From Chloroflexota bacterium (lineage in GTDB: Bacteria; Chloroflexota; UBA11872; VXOZ01): a stretch of 64,000 nucleotides of DNA. The translations under genes and the position numbers were made by a program. Below are positions 42,658-52,416 of the stretch, piece after piece. The notes beneath the pieces are model-generated. The model had not been told where the DNA came from. It saw only the letters and a list, made by a program, of their open reading frames with translations, and did no database searches. Position 1 is the stretch's first letter, and every line of letters begins with the position of its first letter. The stretch is from the NCBI GenBank assembly GCA_963663275.1, contig OY760183.1, positions 1,344,001 to 1,408,000 on the forward strand. The letters run 5' to 3'.

Positions 42658-42891
42658 ATGGAAAGTTTCGAATTCATTGGTTCGTTGGCAGTCACCATCA
42701 TTGCCATTGCCGGGCTCTTGTGGCGTTTCGAGACCAGATTTGCCGATCTCTCAGACCGCGTCTCCCGCATCGAGGGCAAAATGGACGGCTTCTCCGACAT
42801 CTTTGCCACCAAAGCCGACATCGCGCGTATCGAAGGACTGCTGGAGGGCTACTTCCTGCAGGCTGGCAAGACGAACAAGACGAAAGAGTAG
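42658..42891 (+). CDS. Small TM plus coiled-coil hypothetical protein
   Basis: 77 aa; RBS aggagg; FATKADIARIEG. Confidence 0.7.
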   Translation: MESFEFIGSLAVTIIAIAGLLWRFETRFADLSDRVSRIEGKMDGFSDIFATKADIARIEGLLEGYFLQAGKTNKTKE

Positions 42892-43077
42892 ACCGAGCCG
42901 GAAGTCGTCTGCAATCCCGCTCCCGCTCATCACGGCGCGGGCTCCACGCAACCGGCAGAGGCACGCGCAACCGGCAGGGGCACGACACGTCGTGCCCCTG
43001 CCGGTTGCGTTGGTTCCAGCCCCGCCGCCTCATCCTGTCCTTTGCCGGCGCATTATCAGATAATCCTTCCTTTGCAC

Positions 43078-43106
43078 TTGCAGTCATAGTCGCAGTCTGC
43101 TATGCT
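43078..43106 (+). promoter_or_regulatory. Putative sigma70-type promoter
   Basis: TTGCAG-17 bp-TATGCT with a TG extension. Confidence 0.45.
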
Positions 43107-43648
43107 GTTCTGCAAGCTATGCGGACGCGCGTTTTTCGTCAGGCTTCGGCAGCGTGGGCGCGCGCCGGGGGTAGTTCCCTGGGGTAAGTCCCGTCTAGCG
43201 TATGTCTCAGGCAGCGTACGCGGTTGCCGTTGGCCGCCGGACGCGCGAATTCGCACCCAAGTTCGCGGTCCGGTTGGTTTGGCGCGTAGCCGCAGCCGTC
43301 GATTGCCGCGCAAGCGATGGCCCGTTACGCATGCCGGGCAGGCCGGCTCCATGCCCGTCCACCCCGCGGAGCGCCGTGGGCAGCGGGATTGCCGGTCGGA
43401 ATTGTCTCGTATCAACATACCGTGCTATTGGCGTCAACGGTCGGATCAACCTAATGATCGCCCTGGTCTGCCACCTGGGGAGTGTGACGTACACCCACGA
43501 ATTTCCCCTCATAAGCGCGGGATAGTCATCCAAGAAGGGAGTGTATACACGCACGCGCCGGAATAGCCCGGTATTGGGTGTCTCTTTGCGAATACACGAC
43601 GCTCGCCCTGTCACTCTACGCGGGCGTTACTAGCGAAAGGAAAGGACT

Positions 43649-45385
43649 GTGAGACAATTGTCTCGTTTGTTGAGCGTCATGCTGGCGCTCATCCTGCTGG
43701 CGACCGGATTCATCACGGCGTCGGCGCATGACGGTGATGCCCTGCTAAAGTCAAGGAGTATGCGCGCGTAACCGTCACGCGCACCGACGACGCCGACATG
43801 GTGCATCCCCAATCCAAGCTGAAGTTCAACATCATCGTCGAGCGGCTTGACGGCCATCAAATCATCGCGGGCACCAATAACCTGTACGGGCCTGCTGGCA
43901 CCGGTGTCGACTACCGACGACATAACTACGGCATTGAGGTCCTCGATAATGAAGAATCCGTACCGGTCGTTCGACGTGGAGTACACGATAACGACCGCGA
44001 TGACCTGGGCGCCGGGCGTTGCCAGCCGCACCGTTACGCTGAAGTGGACTCTTACTTTCGATCGCTTCCGACAATGCGGATGGTACTGGCAACCTGAGCA
44101 CTCCGGTCTGAAACGGTCATCACGGCACCATCGACGTGGACGTGACCAAGCGTCCGGATGCGGGCGTGGGTGATTCGGGCGTTGCGATTGTCTTCGGCGT
44201 GACCGAGCCGGACGAGATTGCCAAGGGCAAGGAGGTCAAGTTCGCGTTCACGATGTCCACGGGCGACTACGGCTACAGGGCCGTTGTCGAGACCCCGACT
44301 TCCGCGGTCGTCAAGAAGCAGTTGAAGGACGCGGACGGCGAGAAGGTGGGCAACGCGCTGCCGGTGGCGGTGGTTACATTGCCGGTGCTGCAGAGCAACG
44401 CGGTGAGCGACGCGGTCAAGACGAAGCCCGAGGCGTACAAGCTGCTGCAGAGCGAAGTGGACGCCCTGGCCGACGGCGGCACGCTGGAGTTCTCCTATGA
44501 ACTGCAGATCACCGAGGTTGACCTGGCCAAGGACGTCGACGGCGACGGGAACGTTGGACGCGTTACCAGATGCAGACGCCAGTCGCGGTGACGGACGACT
44601 ACCCAAGCCGCTCTCCTCACTGTCGCGACGGCCGACAAGGTGGAGAAGTTGACGACGGGAATGTTGGAGTTACCAGTGCAGACCCGCCAGTCGCGACGGA
44701 AGCCGCTCTCCTTACTGTCGCGACGGACAAGGTGGAGAAGTTGACCACGTGCTGGGCTCTCCGCCGGCGCCTGAGCGATACGTACGTGCTGGGCTCTCCG
44801 CCGGCGCCTGAGCCGACGGCGGTGCCGCCGATTGGCATGAACGACGCGGCCACGGTGGACCAGGGTCCCGGCAACCGCATCGACGTGACCTTGGCGGACG
44901 GAACCGAGTTCAGCCTGTTCGCGGGCTACGTGGCGGCCGATGGCGTCACGCGCTCGTATCACCGCAGCGGCTACATCCGGGATAACGACCTGGGCCAGAC
45001 CTACGCGGTGGTGAAGCGCGACGTGGACGGCATGGTGGTGCGCGTGTGGATACCCGCGGGCAGCGACTACGTGAACGAGGTGCCGTGGGCGAACGTGCTG
45101 GCGAACTTCACCTTCGATACGATGGTGGTGGAAGCCATCCCGTTGGATGAGATGTACCCGTCGGACAACCAACTGGTGCGGAATACCAACGACGACCGCA
45201 TCTACGTGTACGTGGGCGGCGAATGGCGGTGGATACCCGACATTCCGACGTTCCAGGCATGGGGTTTCTACTGGTGCAACATCACGGCGGCGGACGCTGG
45301 GTTCTTCGACCGCGTGATGACCGGCAATCCGTTGCCGCGCAGTGGCACGCAGGACGATCCGAACTACCCGGTCTGCCACTCGTAG
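43649..45385 (+). pseudogene. Frameshifted paralogue of secreted protein 46937-48463
   Basis: GTG start MRQLSRLLSVMLAL...TASAH; homology continues through several frames (KLKFNIIVER; GKEVKFAFTMSTG; GYIRDNDLGQTY...FYWCN); first stop at 43769. Confidence 0.8.
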
Positions 45386-45515
45386 AGACGCATTGAAGCT
45401 GTATGGGCGCGACACACTACACAACCCAAATGTATAGGAGTGACCGGGAAGGCTATGGCGCGATGACCGCGCGCTAAGCGGCCCCGGGGGTCTGTACAGT
45501 CTCCTTATGCTACGG

Positions 45516-45560
45516 CAAGAGCCGGTGTCTGTGGCAGGACACCGGCTCTTGTATTTGTGT
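45516..45560 (+). terminator. Putative terminator hairpin
   Basis: caagagccggtgtc ... gacaccggctcttg followed by a T-rich run. Confidence 0.55.
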
Positions 45561-45745
45561 TAATGGGTCGTTCCCCCCTCACCCCAACCCTCTCCCTCCA
45601 GGGAGAGGGGGCAAGAGCGGAGCCAGACCGGAGCCAAGAGGGAGCCAGACCGGAGGCAAGAGCGGAGGCGCTACTCCTTGACAGAGTTGCCAAATCCTGC
45701 TAACTTTTACTTGACAGCGTAAGAGGCGGTAGTAGAAGAGGGCAC

Positions 45746-45964
45746 ATGGACGACTATAAAGTAAGTGATTTTGCCAGACGTCGCATGAAGAAGAGCAAGT
45801 TAACGCAAGACGACGCCAGCTACGTCATCGATAACCAAGAGCACACATATCAAAGCAAGGGAGATACGGTCTTCGTTGCCACTTTGCCAGACGGGCGAAG
45901 CGCGAAAGTCAGGGTAAGAGACAAGACTTTGATAGACGCATTCACCTACAAGGCATCCTTGTAA
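45746..45964 (+). CDS. Small basic protein, DUF4258-like putative toxin
   Basis: SDFARRRMKKSKLTQDD N-terminal pattern; directly upstream of a DUF2283-like gene; TTGACA boxes upstream. Confidence 0.6.
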   Translation: MDDYKVSDFARRRMKKSKLTQDDASYVIDNQEHTYQSKGDTVFVATLPDGRSAKVRVRDKTLIDAFTYKASL

Positions 45965-45987
45965 GCGAGGTAGCAAGGAGTGACACG

Positions 45988-46224
45988 ATGCTTACAGTAG
46001 TGACGGACAGTGCGCTCGACGCGGTTTTCATCGAGTTCGAAGACGGGCCGGCTGGGTACTCGGAGGAATTGGACGAGAATCGGATCGTGGACTACTCTCT
46101 GAATCCCGGCACGCCTGTTGGCGTGTGCTTGCACAACGTCAGCGATGGAGTGAAGCTGGAAGGATTGCCGCATCAGGACCAGGTGCGGCAGATACTGGCG
46201 GGTCTTGGCGTAGAAGCCAGCTAA
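45988..46224 (+). CDS. DUF2283-like putative antitoxin
   Basis: DSALDAVFIEF...SEELDENRIVDY...PVGV; acidic; RBS aaggag. Confidence 0.75.
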   Translation: MLTVVTDSALDAVFIEFEDGPAGYSEELDENRIVDYSLNPGTPVGVCLHNVSDGVKLEGLPHQDQVRQILAGLGVEAS

Positions 46225-46612
46225 GCCGCTACGGAAATAGAGGGCGCGCCTGGGCGAAAGCCGAGGCGCGTCCTCTTTGTTTTCCTCCACACGATGAAGA
46301 CCCGCACAGTTGTGGAAGCAGCGGGGAAACTGAACCGGCGCAGTTTTCACGCGGTGCCACCGGTTCCCTCTCCTGGGGGAGAGGGTTAGGGTGAGGGGGG
46401 GAGTCTTGCGGCGCGGGCGGCGCTCTGCTACACTATTAATGCAGACTGACAGCCATACGCCCGCGCTGGCGGAACGGCGCCGCGCCGGACGCCTCGGGCG
46501 CGCGTGAAGGTCGGCACAATGCGTTCTGGCTCTAAGTTTCGCGCTCCTGGCGCCATCCGCCAGGTTAGCATTTTCTCTCTTAGTCCCTCTACACGGGTTG
46601 TTGCCCCGTTCC

Positions 46613-46740
46613 CGCAGGTTACAAACCTGCGCTACCGGACAAGGCCGCAGGTTACAAACCTGCGCTGCCCGGACCGGACGAAGACGCAGGTTACAAACCT
46701 GCTACCGGAAAGGCCGCAGTTTACAAACCCGCGCTGCCGG
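46613..46740. repeat. Four tandem cgcaggttacaaacctgcgctac REP-like units
   Basis: Reverse complement of the unit at 27491. Confidence 0.75.
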
Positions 46741-46936
46741 ACCGGATGGGGCCGCAAACCTGGGCTACTGTTTGGGGGCTGTGCCGCAGACCCACCTATT
46801 CTCCCCACTACGCGGGATAGTCACCAAGAAGGGAGCATACGCGCGCGCATTGGAATGATCCCGGAAACGAGTGTAACCTCTGAGGTTCTTGCCGTTTGCT
46901 TCGCAGAAGCAGGCGTTTGAGTGAAAGGAAAGGATT

Positions 46937-48463
46937 GTGAGACGGTTGTCTCGATTGTTGAGCGTCTGCTTGGCGCTGGCGGTGCTGGGCGCCTCGGTCA
47001 TCACGGCGTCCGCGCATACTACTCCCACCGCGAACGACGATTATGGCGCAAGGCTCTACATCGAATTGCGCGAAGAGAAGGACGTGGTGACCCCCGGCAC
47101 CAAGCTGGAGTTCTTCGTGGTGGTGGAGCGCGGCAGCGACCACGGCGTGCCGCATACGGCTACCCTGCATAGCGTGACGGCCGGCGGCTATACCGGCACG
47201 GCGCAGTTGGGCACGACCGAGGCCGACGACCTGCGGGTGGGCGGGAAGACATTCTTCACCAAGACGGTGACGTATGAGGTGCAGACCGCCGACCTGGGGC
47301 CGGGCGCTACGCGGCGCAAGGCGCCAATCCAGTTCCGGCTCAGCTTCGAGCCGATTGACGCCAATGGCTTCACATTTCAAGACCATCCCGCCACCACGAT
47401 CTACAGCAATTCGTATGAGGTGACGGTGGTGAACAAGGCCCCGCCCCGGACGACCGACGATGATTCTCAGGTGGAGATCCTCCTGAACATGGAGCCTCCG
47501 AGTTCGTTCACGAAGGGCGAGCAGGTAAAGTTCACGCTGACGCTGAGCACGGGCCAGTACCGGCTGATGACGAAGCCGCTGATCATCTACAAGCAGTTGT
47601 ATGACGCGGCCGGCAAGAAGATCGGCGGCTCGGTGCGGGCGCAAAGCTTCATCATCCGGCTGTTCTCGAATTCGGTGAGCGAACAGATGGAGAGGTCCTA
47701 CAAGCTGACCGAACGAGACGTGGCGGCGGCGAAGATCGAGTTTTCCTATAAGGTCGAGGTAACGGACCACGACCTGCGCGACGCGGACAATACCTCGACT
47801 GACCTGGACGATGACTTCGTAGAGGTGTTCGAGCAAACGTTCACGATCGGGCCCGCGGCTACGCCAACGCCCGCGCCAACACCGGTTCCGGTGGTGGGCA
47901 GCACCAGCGCGGCTCGCGTGACACAGGTGGGCAACTACTTCGTGCAGGTGGACCGGCTGGACGGCGGCCAGGACTTCGCGCTGGCTATCGGCTGGATCGC
48001 GCCGACGGGCGCGCGGGCCTACAACCAACGCGGCTATATCCGCGATGATTACCTGGGCCAGACGTACGCGGTGGTGCGGCGCGAGGCCGATGGCAAGGTG
48101 GTGCGCATCTGGATTGCGCCGGATAGCGAGGAACGGTACGCGGTGCCGTGGGATTCGGTGCGGCGCAACTACACTGTGCCCCTGAACGTGCTGCTGGCTA
48201 TCCCGCTGGATGAGGATAATCCGGCGGAGAACCAACTGGTGCGGCGGTTCGACCGCTTCGACCGCAGCGGGGATATCTACGTGTACCGCGCCGGGGCCTG
48301 GCGGCACGTGCCGGATATTCCGACGTTCCAGGCAAATGAGTTCTACTGGTGTAACGTGACGGCGGCGGACGCCGGGTTCTTCGCCCGGGCCCTGATTGGG
48401 CCGCCTCTGCCCAGAAGCGGGACGGCGGAAGCGCCGGACTATCCAGAATGCCACGGGCTGTAA
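46937..48463 (+). CDS. Secreted beta-rich protein with PT linker and conserved C-terminal domain
   Basis: Signal peptide ending TASA; two Ig-like-looking segments; PTPAPTP; ~180-aa C-terminal domain shared with 44830-45385. Confidence 0.85.
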   Translation: MRRLSRLLSVCLALAVLGASVITASAHTTPTANDDYGARLYIELREEKDVVTPGTKLEFFVVVERGSDHGVPHTATLHSVTAGGYTGTAQLGTTEADDLRVGGKTFFTKTVTYEVQTADLGPGATRRKAPIQFRLSFEPIDANGFTFQDHPATTIYSNSYEVTVVNKAPPRTTDDDSQVEILLNMEPPSSFTKGEQVKFTLTLSTGQYRLMTKPLIIYKQLYDAAGKKIGGSVRAQSFIIRLFSNSVSEQMERSYKLTERDVAAAKIEFSYKVEVTDHDLRDADNTSTDLDDDFVEVFEQTFTIGPAATPTPAPTPVPVVGSTSAARVTQVGNYFVQVDRLDGGQDFALAIGWIAPTGARAYNQRGYIRDDYLGQTYAVVRREADGKVVRIWIAPDSEERYAVPWDSVRRNYTVPLNVLLAIPLDEDNPAENQLVRRFDRFDRSGDIYVYRAGAWRHVPDIPTFQANEFYWCNVTAADAGFFARALIGPPLPRSGTAEAPDYPECHGL

Positions 48464-48558
48464 GCTCGATGACGCGGGCCGCGGCCCGCTTGGCGGCGCG
48501 CGGCCGCGCGCTGGCGGCGCCGCCAGGCCGGTGTGACGCCCGGTAACGGGCTGTAGAG

Positions 48559-48592
48559 AGAGCCGGCGTCCGCTTGCGGACGCCGGCTCTTG
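48559..48592 (+). terminator. Putative terminator hairpin
   Basis: agagccggcgtccgc-tt-gcggacgccggctct. Confidence 0.55.
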
Positions 48593-48723
48593 CTATGGAC
48601 TGTGCGGATGCGTCCGGTTCGCAAGGGGCGCGCGGGAACGGCTGTGACGAGGCGCGTGACGGCTTTGGCGGGAGTGTGGTCTGATACGATGGGGAAAGAC
48701 GCGGTGATACAGTCCGGCCCGGC

Positions 48724-48865
48724 GGAGACCTTTGCATAACCCCTTCCCCATTGGGGGGAAGGTTGGGATGGGGGGTCAAATGGCTTGACATTGTGCAATC
48801 TTTAGTTGTGAAAGCGCTCTGGATTCCGGTTTTCACCGGAATGACGGAGTTATGCAAAGGTCTCC
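48724..48865. mobile_element. MITE family A, reverse orientation
   Basis: ggagacctttgcataac ... gttatgcaaaggtctcc perfect TIRs with a ggc/ggc (or cggcg/cggcg) duplication. Confidence 0.85.
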
Positions 48866-48888
48866 GGCGGGAGTGAAAGTCTGAAACG

Positions 48889-49881
48889 ATGGGGAAAGAC
48901 GCGGTGATACGGCGCTGCTACGACGTTGGCCGCCTGCGCGCCTGGCGGGCGCGCATCGACGCCCTGGGCGCGGCGGCGGCGCCGACGGCTACGGTGATCG
49001 CGCCGCCGGCTGCGGAGGCGGGCCGCGAGCGCGGGGCGGCGGCGGTGGTGGCGGGGTCGTTCAATCCCCCCACGGCGGCGCACTTGAGCCTCTGCGACGG
49101 CGCGCTGCGCCAGCCGGACGTGGAGACGGTGTGGCTCCTGCTGGCGGTGCGCACGGTGGATAAGGAGACGGTGACCGGCGCGTGCCTGGAAGACCGCCTG
49201 CTCATGCTGGAGGCGCTGGCAGAGGCGCGGCCCCAGGTGGGGGTGGCCCTCTGCAACCGGGGCCTCTACGTGGAACAGGCGGCGGCCCTGCGCGGCAGCC
49301 TGGCGCCGCCTTCGCGGGACCTGGTGTTCGTGGTGGGCTACGATAAGATCGAACAGGTGCTGGACGGGCGCTACTACGCGGCCCGGGAGGCCAGCCTGAG
49401 ACGGCTCTTCGGGCTGGCAAGATTCCTGGTGGCGGCGCGGGACGGGCACGGCGGACAGGCGCTGATCGACCTGCTGGCTATGCGGGAAAATCGGGCGTAC
49501 CGCAACCGCATCGCGCCGCTGACGACGCTGCCGGATTGCCACGATCCGGCGCTCTCCTCTACCCAGGTGCGCGGGGCGTACGCTGAAGGAGCCGCGCCGC
49601 AAGCGGGTGCGCCGGCGGCGGTGCGGGCGTTTGCCGCTGCGACCGGGGTCTACGCGGCGCCAACATCCCTCCCCGGCGGCGAGACCATCGACCGCTACGG
49701 CTTGCGGCTACAACTGCTGGATATCCTGGCCAGGGAACCGCAGAGCGCTTTCTCGGCGGCGGAGTTCCAGGCGGCGACGGCACAGGCCGCGACGGATTCC
49801 GGTGCCGGCCGGGCGCTACGCCGGCTTCTCGCCCAAGACGGCGTTGCGGTGGAGGCAATCCGCACGCATGTCTTGACCTGA
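48889..49881 (+). CDS. Nicotinamide/nicotinate-nucleotide adenylyltransferase-like nucleotidyltransferase
   Basis: GSFNPPTAAH (T/HxGH variant), FVVGYDK and LSSTQVR. Confidence 0.78.
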   Translation: MGKDAVIRRCYDVGRLRAWRARIDALGAAAAPTATVIAPPAAEAGRERGAAAVVAGSFNPPTAAHLSLCDGALRQPDVETVWLLLAVRTVDKETVTGACLEDRLLMLEALAEARPQVGVALCNRGLYVEQAAALRGSLAPPSRDLVFVVGYDKIEQVLDGRYYAAREASLRRLFGLARFLVAARDGHGGQALIDLLAMRENRAYRNRIAPLTTLPDCHDPALSSTQVRGAYAEGAAPQAGAPAAVRAFAAATGVYAAPTSLPGGETIDRYGLRLQLLDILAREPQSAFSAAEFQAATAQAATDSGAGRALRRLLAQDGVAVEAIRTHVLT

Positions 49882-49947
49882 GCCAGCACACTGGGCAAGA
49901 ATAGAGCCAAGGGACGAGGCGCGGCAGAAGGCGGACCGGAGGGCGCA

Positions 49948-50130
49948 ATGCCTGGATCCAAAGAGAGAGAAGAAGAGAAGATCAAGGTTCACGTGGATAA
50001 GAGAGGCGGTCTCTACGTGGAGCCGGCGGATGTATTGACGAACCCAAGAATCCGCGAGAAGATTAGAGAACTCAATGAAACCGGGCCGCTGGCAAAAGCG
50101 CCGCCAAAGGATTCCACGCAAGAAGACTGA
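49948..50130 (+). CDS. Small charged hypothetical protein
   Basis: 60 aa; ggagg RBS; fills an intergenic gap. Confidence 0.45.
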   Translation: MPGSKEREEEKIKVHVDKRGGLYVEPADVLTNPRIREKIRELNETGPLAKAPPKDSTQED

Positions 50131-50289
50131 GCCGTAGATGAACCTCGTCGCAACGCTCTTTCCCGCCCTGATTGGGTTCTGATCGGTAGACCAAGGCACG
50201 GCAGCCGACCGTAAACAAGAGACACGCCATGCAGCGCGCTGCATGGCGTGTCTCTGTGTTTGTACCGGTCTAGCGTATGCGGATTGCGG

Positions 50290-50823
50290 TCAGTCCTGCT
50301 TCGGTTTCTCCAGGTCGTCCGCGTCCAGGGAGTTGATGAACTCGCGGAAGACGCCCAGGCTTTCCTCCAGTTCGGGGTCCGGCGGGTCGGCCTGGTCGGA
50401 TTCGTCTTCACCGTTACCGGCCTTCGTGGGGGTAATGCCCGCGGAATCCAGTACGCTTTCGGCAACGAGGATCGGCGCCTCTACGCGCACGGCCACGGCA
50501 ATGGCGTCGCTGGGCCGGGCGTCCACCTCCACGTGGCGGCCGTTGTGGTCCAGCACCACGCGGGCAAAATAGGTGCGGTCCGCCAGGTCGTTGATGAGGA
50601 CGCTGACGACGGTGGCGCCGAGGGATTCGACGAGGTTGACCAGCAGATCGTGGGTGAGAGGCCGGGGAAATGTGCGCTTGTGGAGCTTGATGGCGATGGA
50701 CTCGGCCTCGGCAATGCCAATGACGATGGCAAGATAGCGCTCCCGCTCCTTTTCGCGCAGGATGACGACCCGCGTCGGGTTGGAGGGGTTCTGCGGAATG
50801 CTTTGTATCACCATCTCGATCAT
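50290..50823 (-). CDS. Bifunctional nuclease family protein (DUF151)
   Basis: IGIAEA, PRPLTHDLL and DARPSDAIA. Confidence 0.93.
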   Translation of the reverse strand: MIEMVIQSIPQNPSNPTRVVILREKERERYLAIVIGIAEAESIAIKLHKRTFPRPLTHDLLVNLVESLGATVVSVLINDLADRTYFARVVLDHNGRHVEVDARPSDAIAVAVRVEAPILVAESVLDSAGITPTKAGNGEDESDQADPPDPELEESLGVFREFINSLDADDLEKPKQD

Positions 50824-50919
50824 GGTCGCGCTACCTTGGCGGCGGCTCTTTACGGGCCGCCGGGGGCTTCACCCAGGCCTCCAACGGCGCTGCGCGGGCG
50901 AAGCAAACTCCCCTTTAGT

Positions 50920-52146
50920 TTACTCTTCCGGCCGGTCTAGCTCAAATGCGCGGTGCAGCGCCTGCGCCGCCCGCCTGGCGTCATCCTCGTGCACCAGGCA
51001 CGTGATTCTGATCTCGCTCGTCGTGATGCTCTCGATGTTTATCGACGGCTCCGCCAGCGCGCCGAACATGCGCGCCGCCACGCCGGGGGTGCTCTGGATG
51101 CCGGTGCCCACGATGGAGACCTTGGCGAGATTGGCAAAGTGCAGCACGTCGGCGGCGCCCAGCGACTGGGAGGCGCCTTCCACCAACTCCAGCGTCTTCG
51201 CCAGGTCGTCGCGGGAGACGGTGAACGAAATGTCGGTAATGCCGTCGTGGCTGATGTTCTGCACGATTACGTCGATGTTGATGCTGTCGTCGGCCAGCGG
51301 CTGGAAAAGCCCGTGGGCAATGCCGGGACGGTCCGGAATGCCGAGCACGGAGACTTTGGCGACGTCGGTATCGACGGCGATGCCGCGAATGCGTTGGGCG
51401 TCTTTTTCCATATCCTCTCCTCGCGTAATCACGGTACCGGAATCGTGGTTGAATGAAGAGCGCACGGTGATGGGCATGTCGAAGAGTTCCGCCAGTTCCA
51501 CCGCTCTGGCGTGCATCACGCGCGCGCCGAGCTTTGCCAACTCCAGCATCTCCTCGTGGGCGATGCGGCTGAGTTTGCGCGCGGTGGGAATCAGGCGCGG
51601 GTCGGCGGTGTAGATGCCGTCCACGTCGGTGTAGATTTCGCAGGCGTCGGCTTTCACCGCAATCGCAATGGCGACGGCGGTGGTGTCCGAACCGCCGCGC
51701 CCCAGCGTGGTCACGTCCAGGTCGTGGGTCACGCCCTGGAAACCGGCCACGATGACGATGCGGCCTTGCGCGAGTTCCTGCTCCATCCGCGACGGGTCGA
51801 TGTCCACGATGCGCGCGCGGGAGTAGAACGAGTCGGTGCGTATGCCCGCCTGCTGGCCGGTGAGCGCGACGGCGTCGTAGCCCATGTCCCGCAGGCACAT
51901 GGAAAGCAGCGTGGAGGAGACGATCTCGCCGGTGGAAAGGAGCAGGTCCAGGTCGCGGCCGCCGGGCGCGCGCGATATCTGGTTGGCAAGCGCGATGAGG
52001 TCGTCGGTGGTGTCCCCCATGGCGGAGACCACGACGATCACGTCGTTGCCGGCGTCGCGGGCGGCGGCCAGGCGCGCGGCTACGTCCTTTATGCGCTCGG
52101 CCGTCGCCACCGAACTGCCGCCGTATTTCTGAGTCACTCGCGCCAC
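50920..52146 (-). CDS. lysC: Aspartate kinase
   Basis: QKYGGSSV, VVSAMG, TTLGRGGSDTTA, YTDVDG and two ACT domains. Confidence 0.96.
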   Translation of the reverse strand: MARVTQKYGGSSVATAERIKDVAARLAAARDAGNDVIVVVSAMGDTTDDLIALANQISRAPGGRDLDLLLSTGEIVSSTLLSMCLRDMGYDAVALTGQQAGIRTDSFYSRARIVDIDPSRMEQELAQGRIVIVAGFQGVTHDLDVTTLGRGGSDTTAVAIAIAVKADACEIYTDVDGIYTADPRLIPTARKLSRIAHEEMLELAKLGARVMHARAVELAELFDMPITVRSSFNHDSGTVITRGEDMEKDAQRIRGIAVDTDVAKVSVLGIPDRPGIAHGLFQPLADDSINIDVIVQNISHDGITDISFTVSRDDLAKTLELVEGASQSLGAADVLHFANLAKVSIVGTGIQSTPGVAARMFGALAEPSINIESITTSEIRITCLVHEDDARRAAQALHRAFELDRPEE

Positions 52147-52416
52147 GTGTGCGCACTCCCTTTAGACAGTCAATACTCTCTGTGCCTTGCTCCCGCGCCG
52201 CCGCGCGGCGCGCGCTCACGGGGGACCGCCGCGCGCGTGGACGCTCGAGAGGAGCAATGCGCGCCAAGACGCGCCGCTGCCCGCCGCCCGGCCGGCGCGC
52301 TGGGATAGCGGCGGCGCGGTTGGCGGAGACCTGGGACATTTGCTACATTATATCATGCGTTAGCCGCCGCCAACGCCGGGTCGCATGGGCGCGGGCGGCT
52401 CTGTGGGAAGAGGCAG

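Noticed and set aside
46613-46740. Possible mini-CRISPR
   Set aside because: Same REP unit with short irregular gaps.
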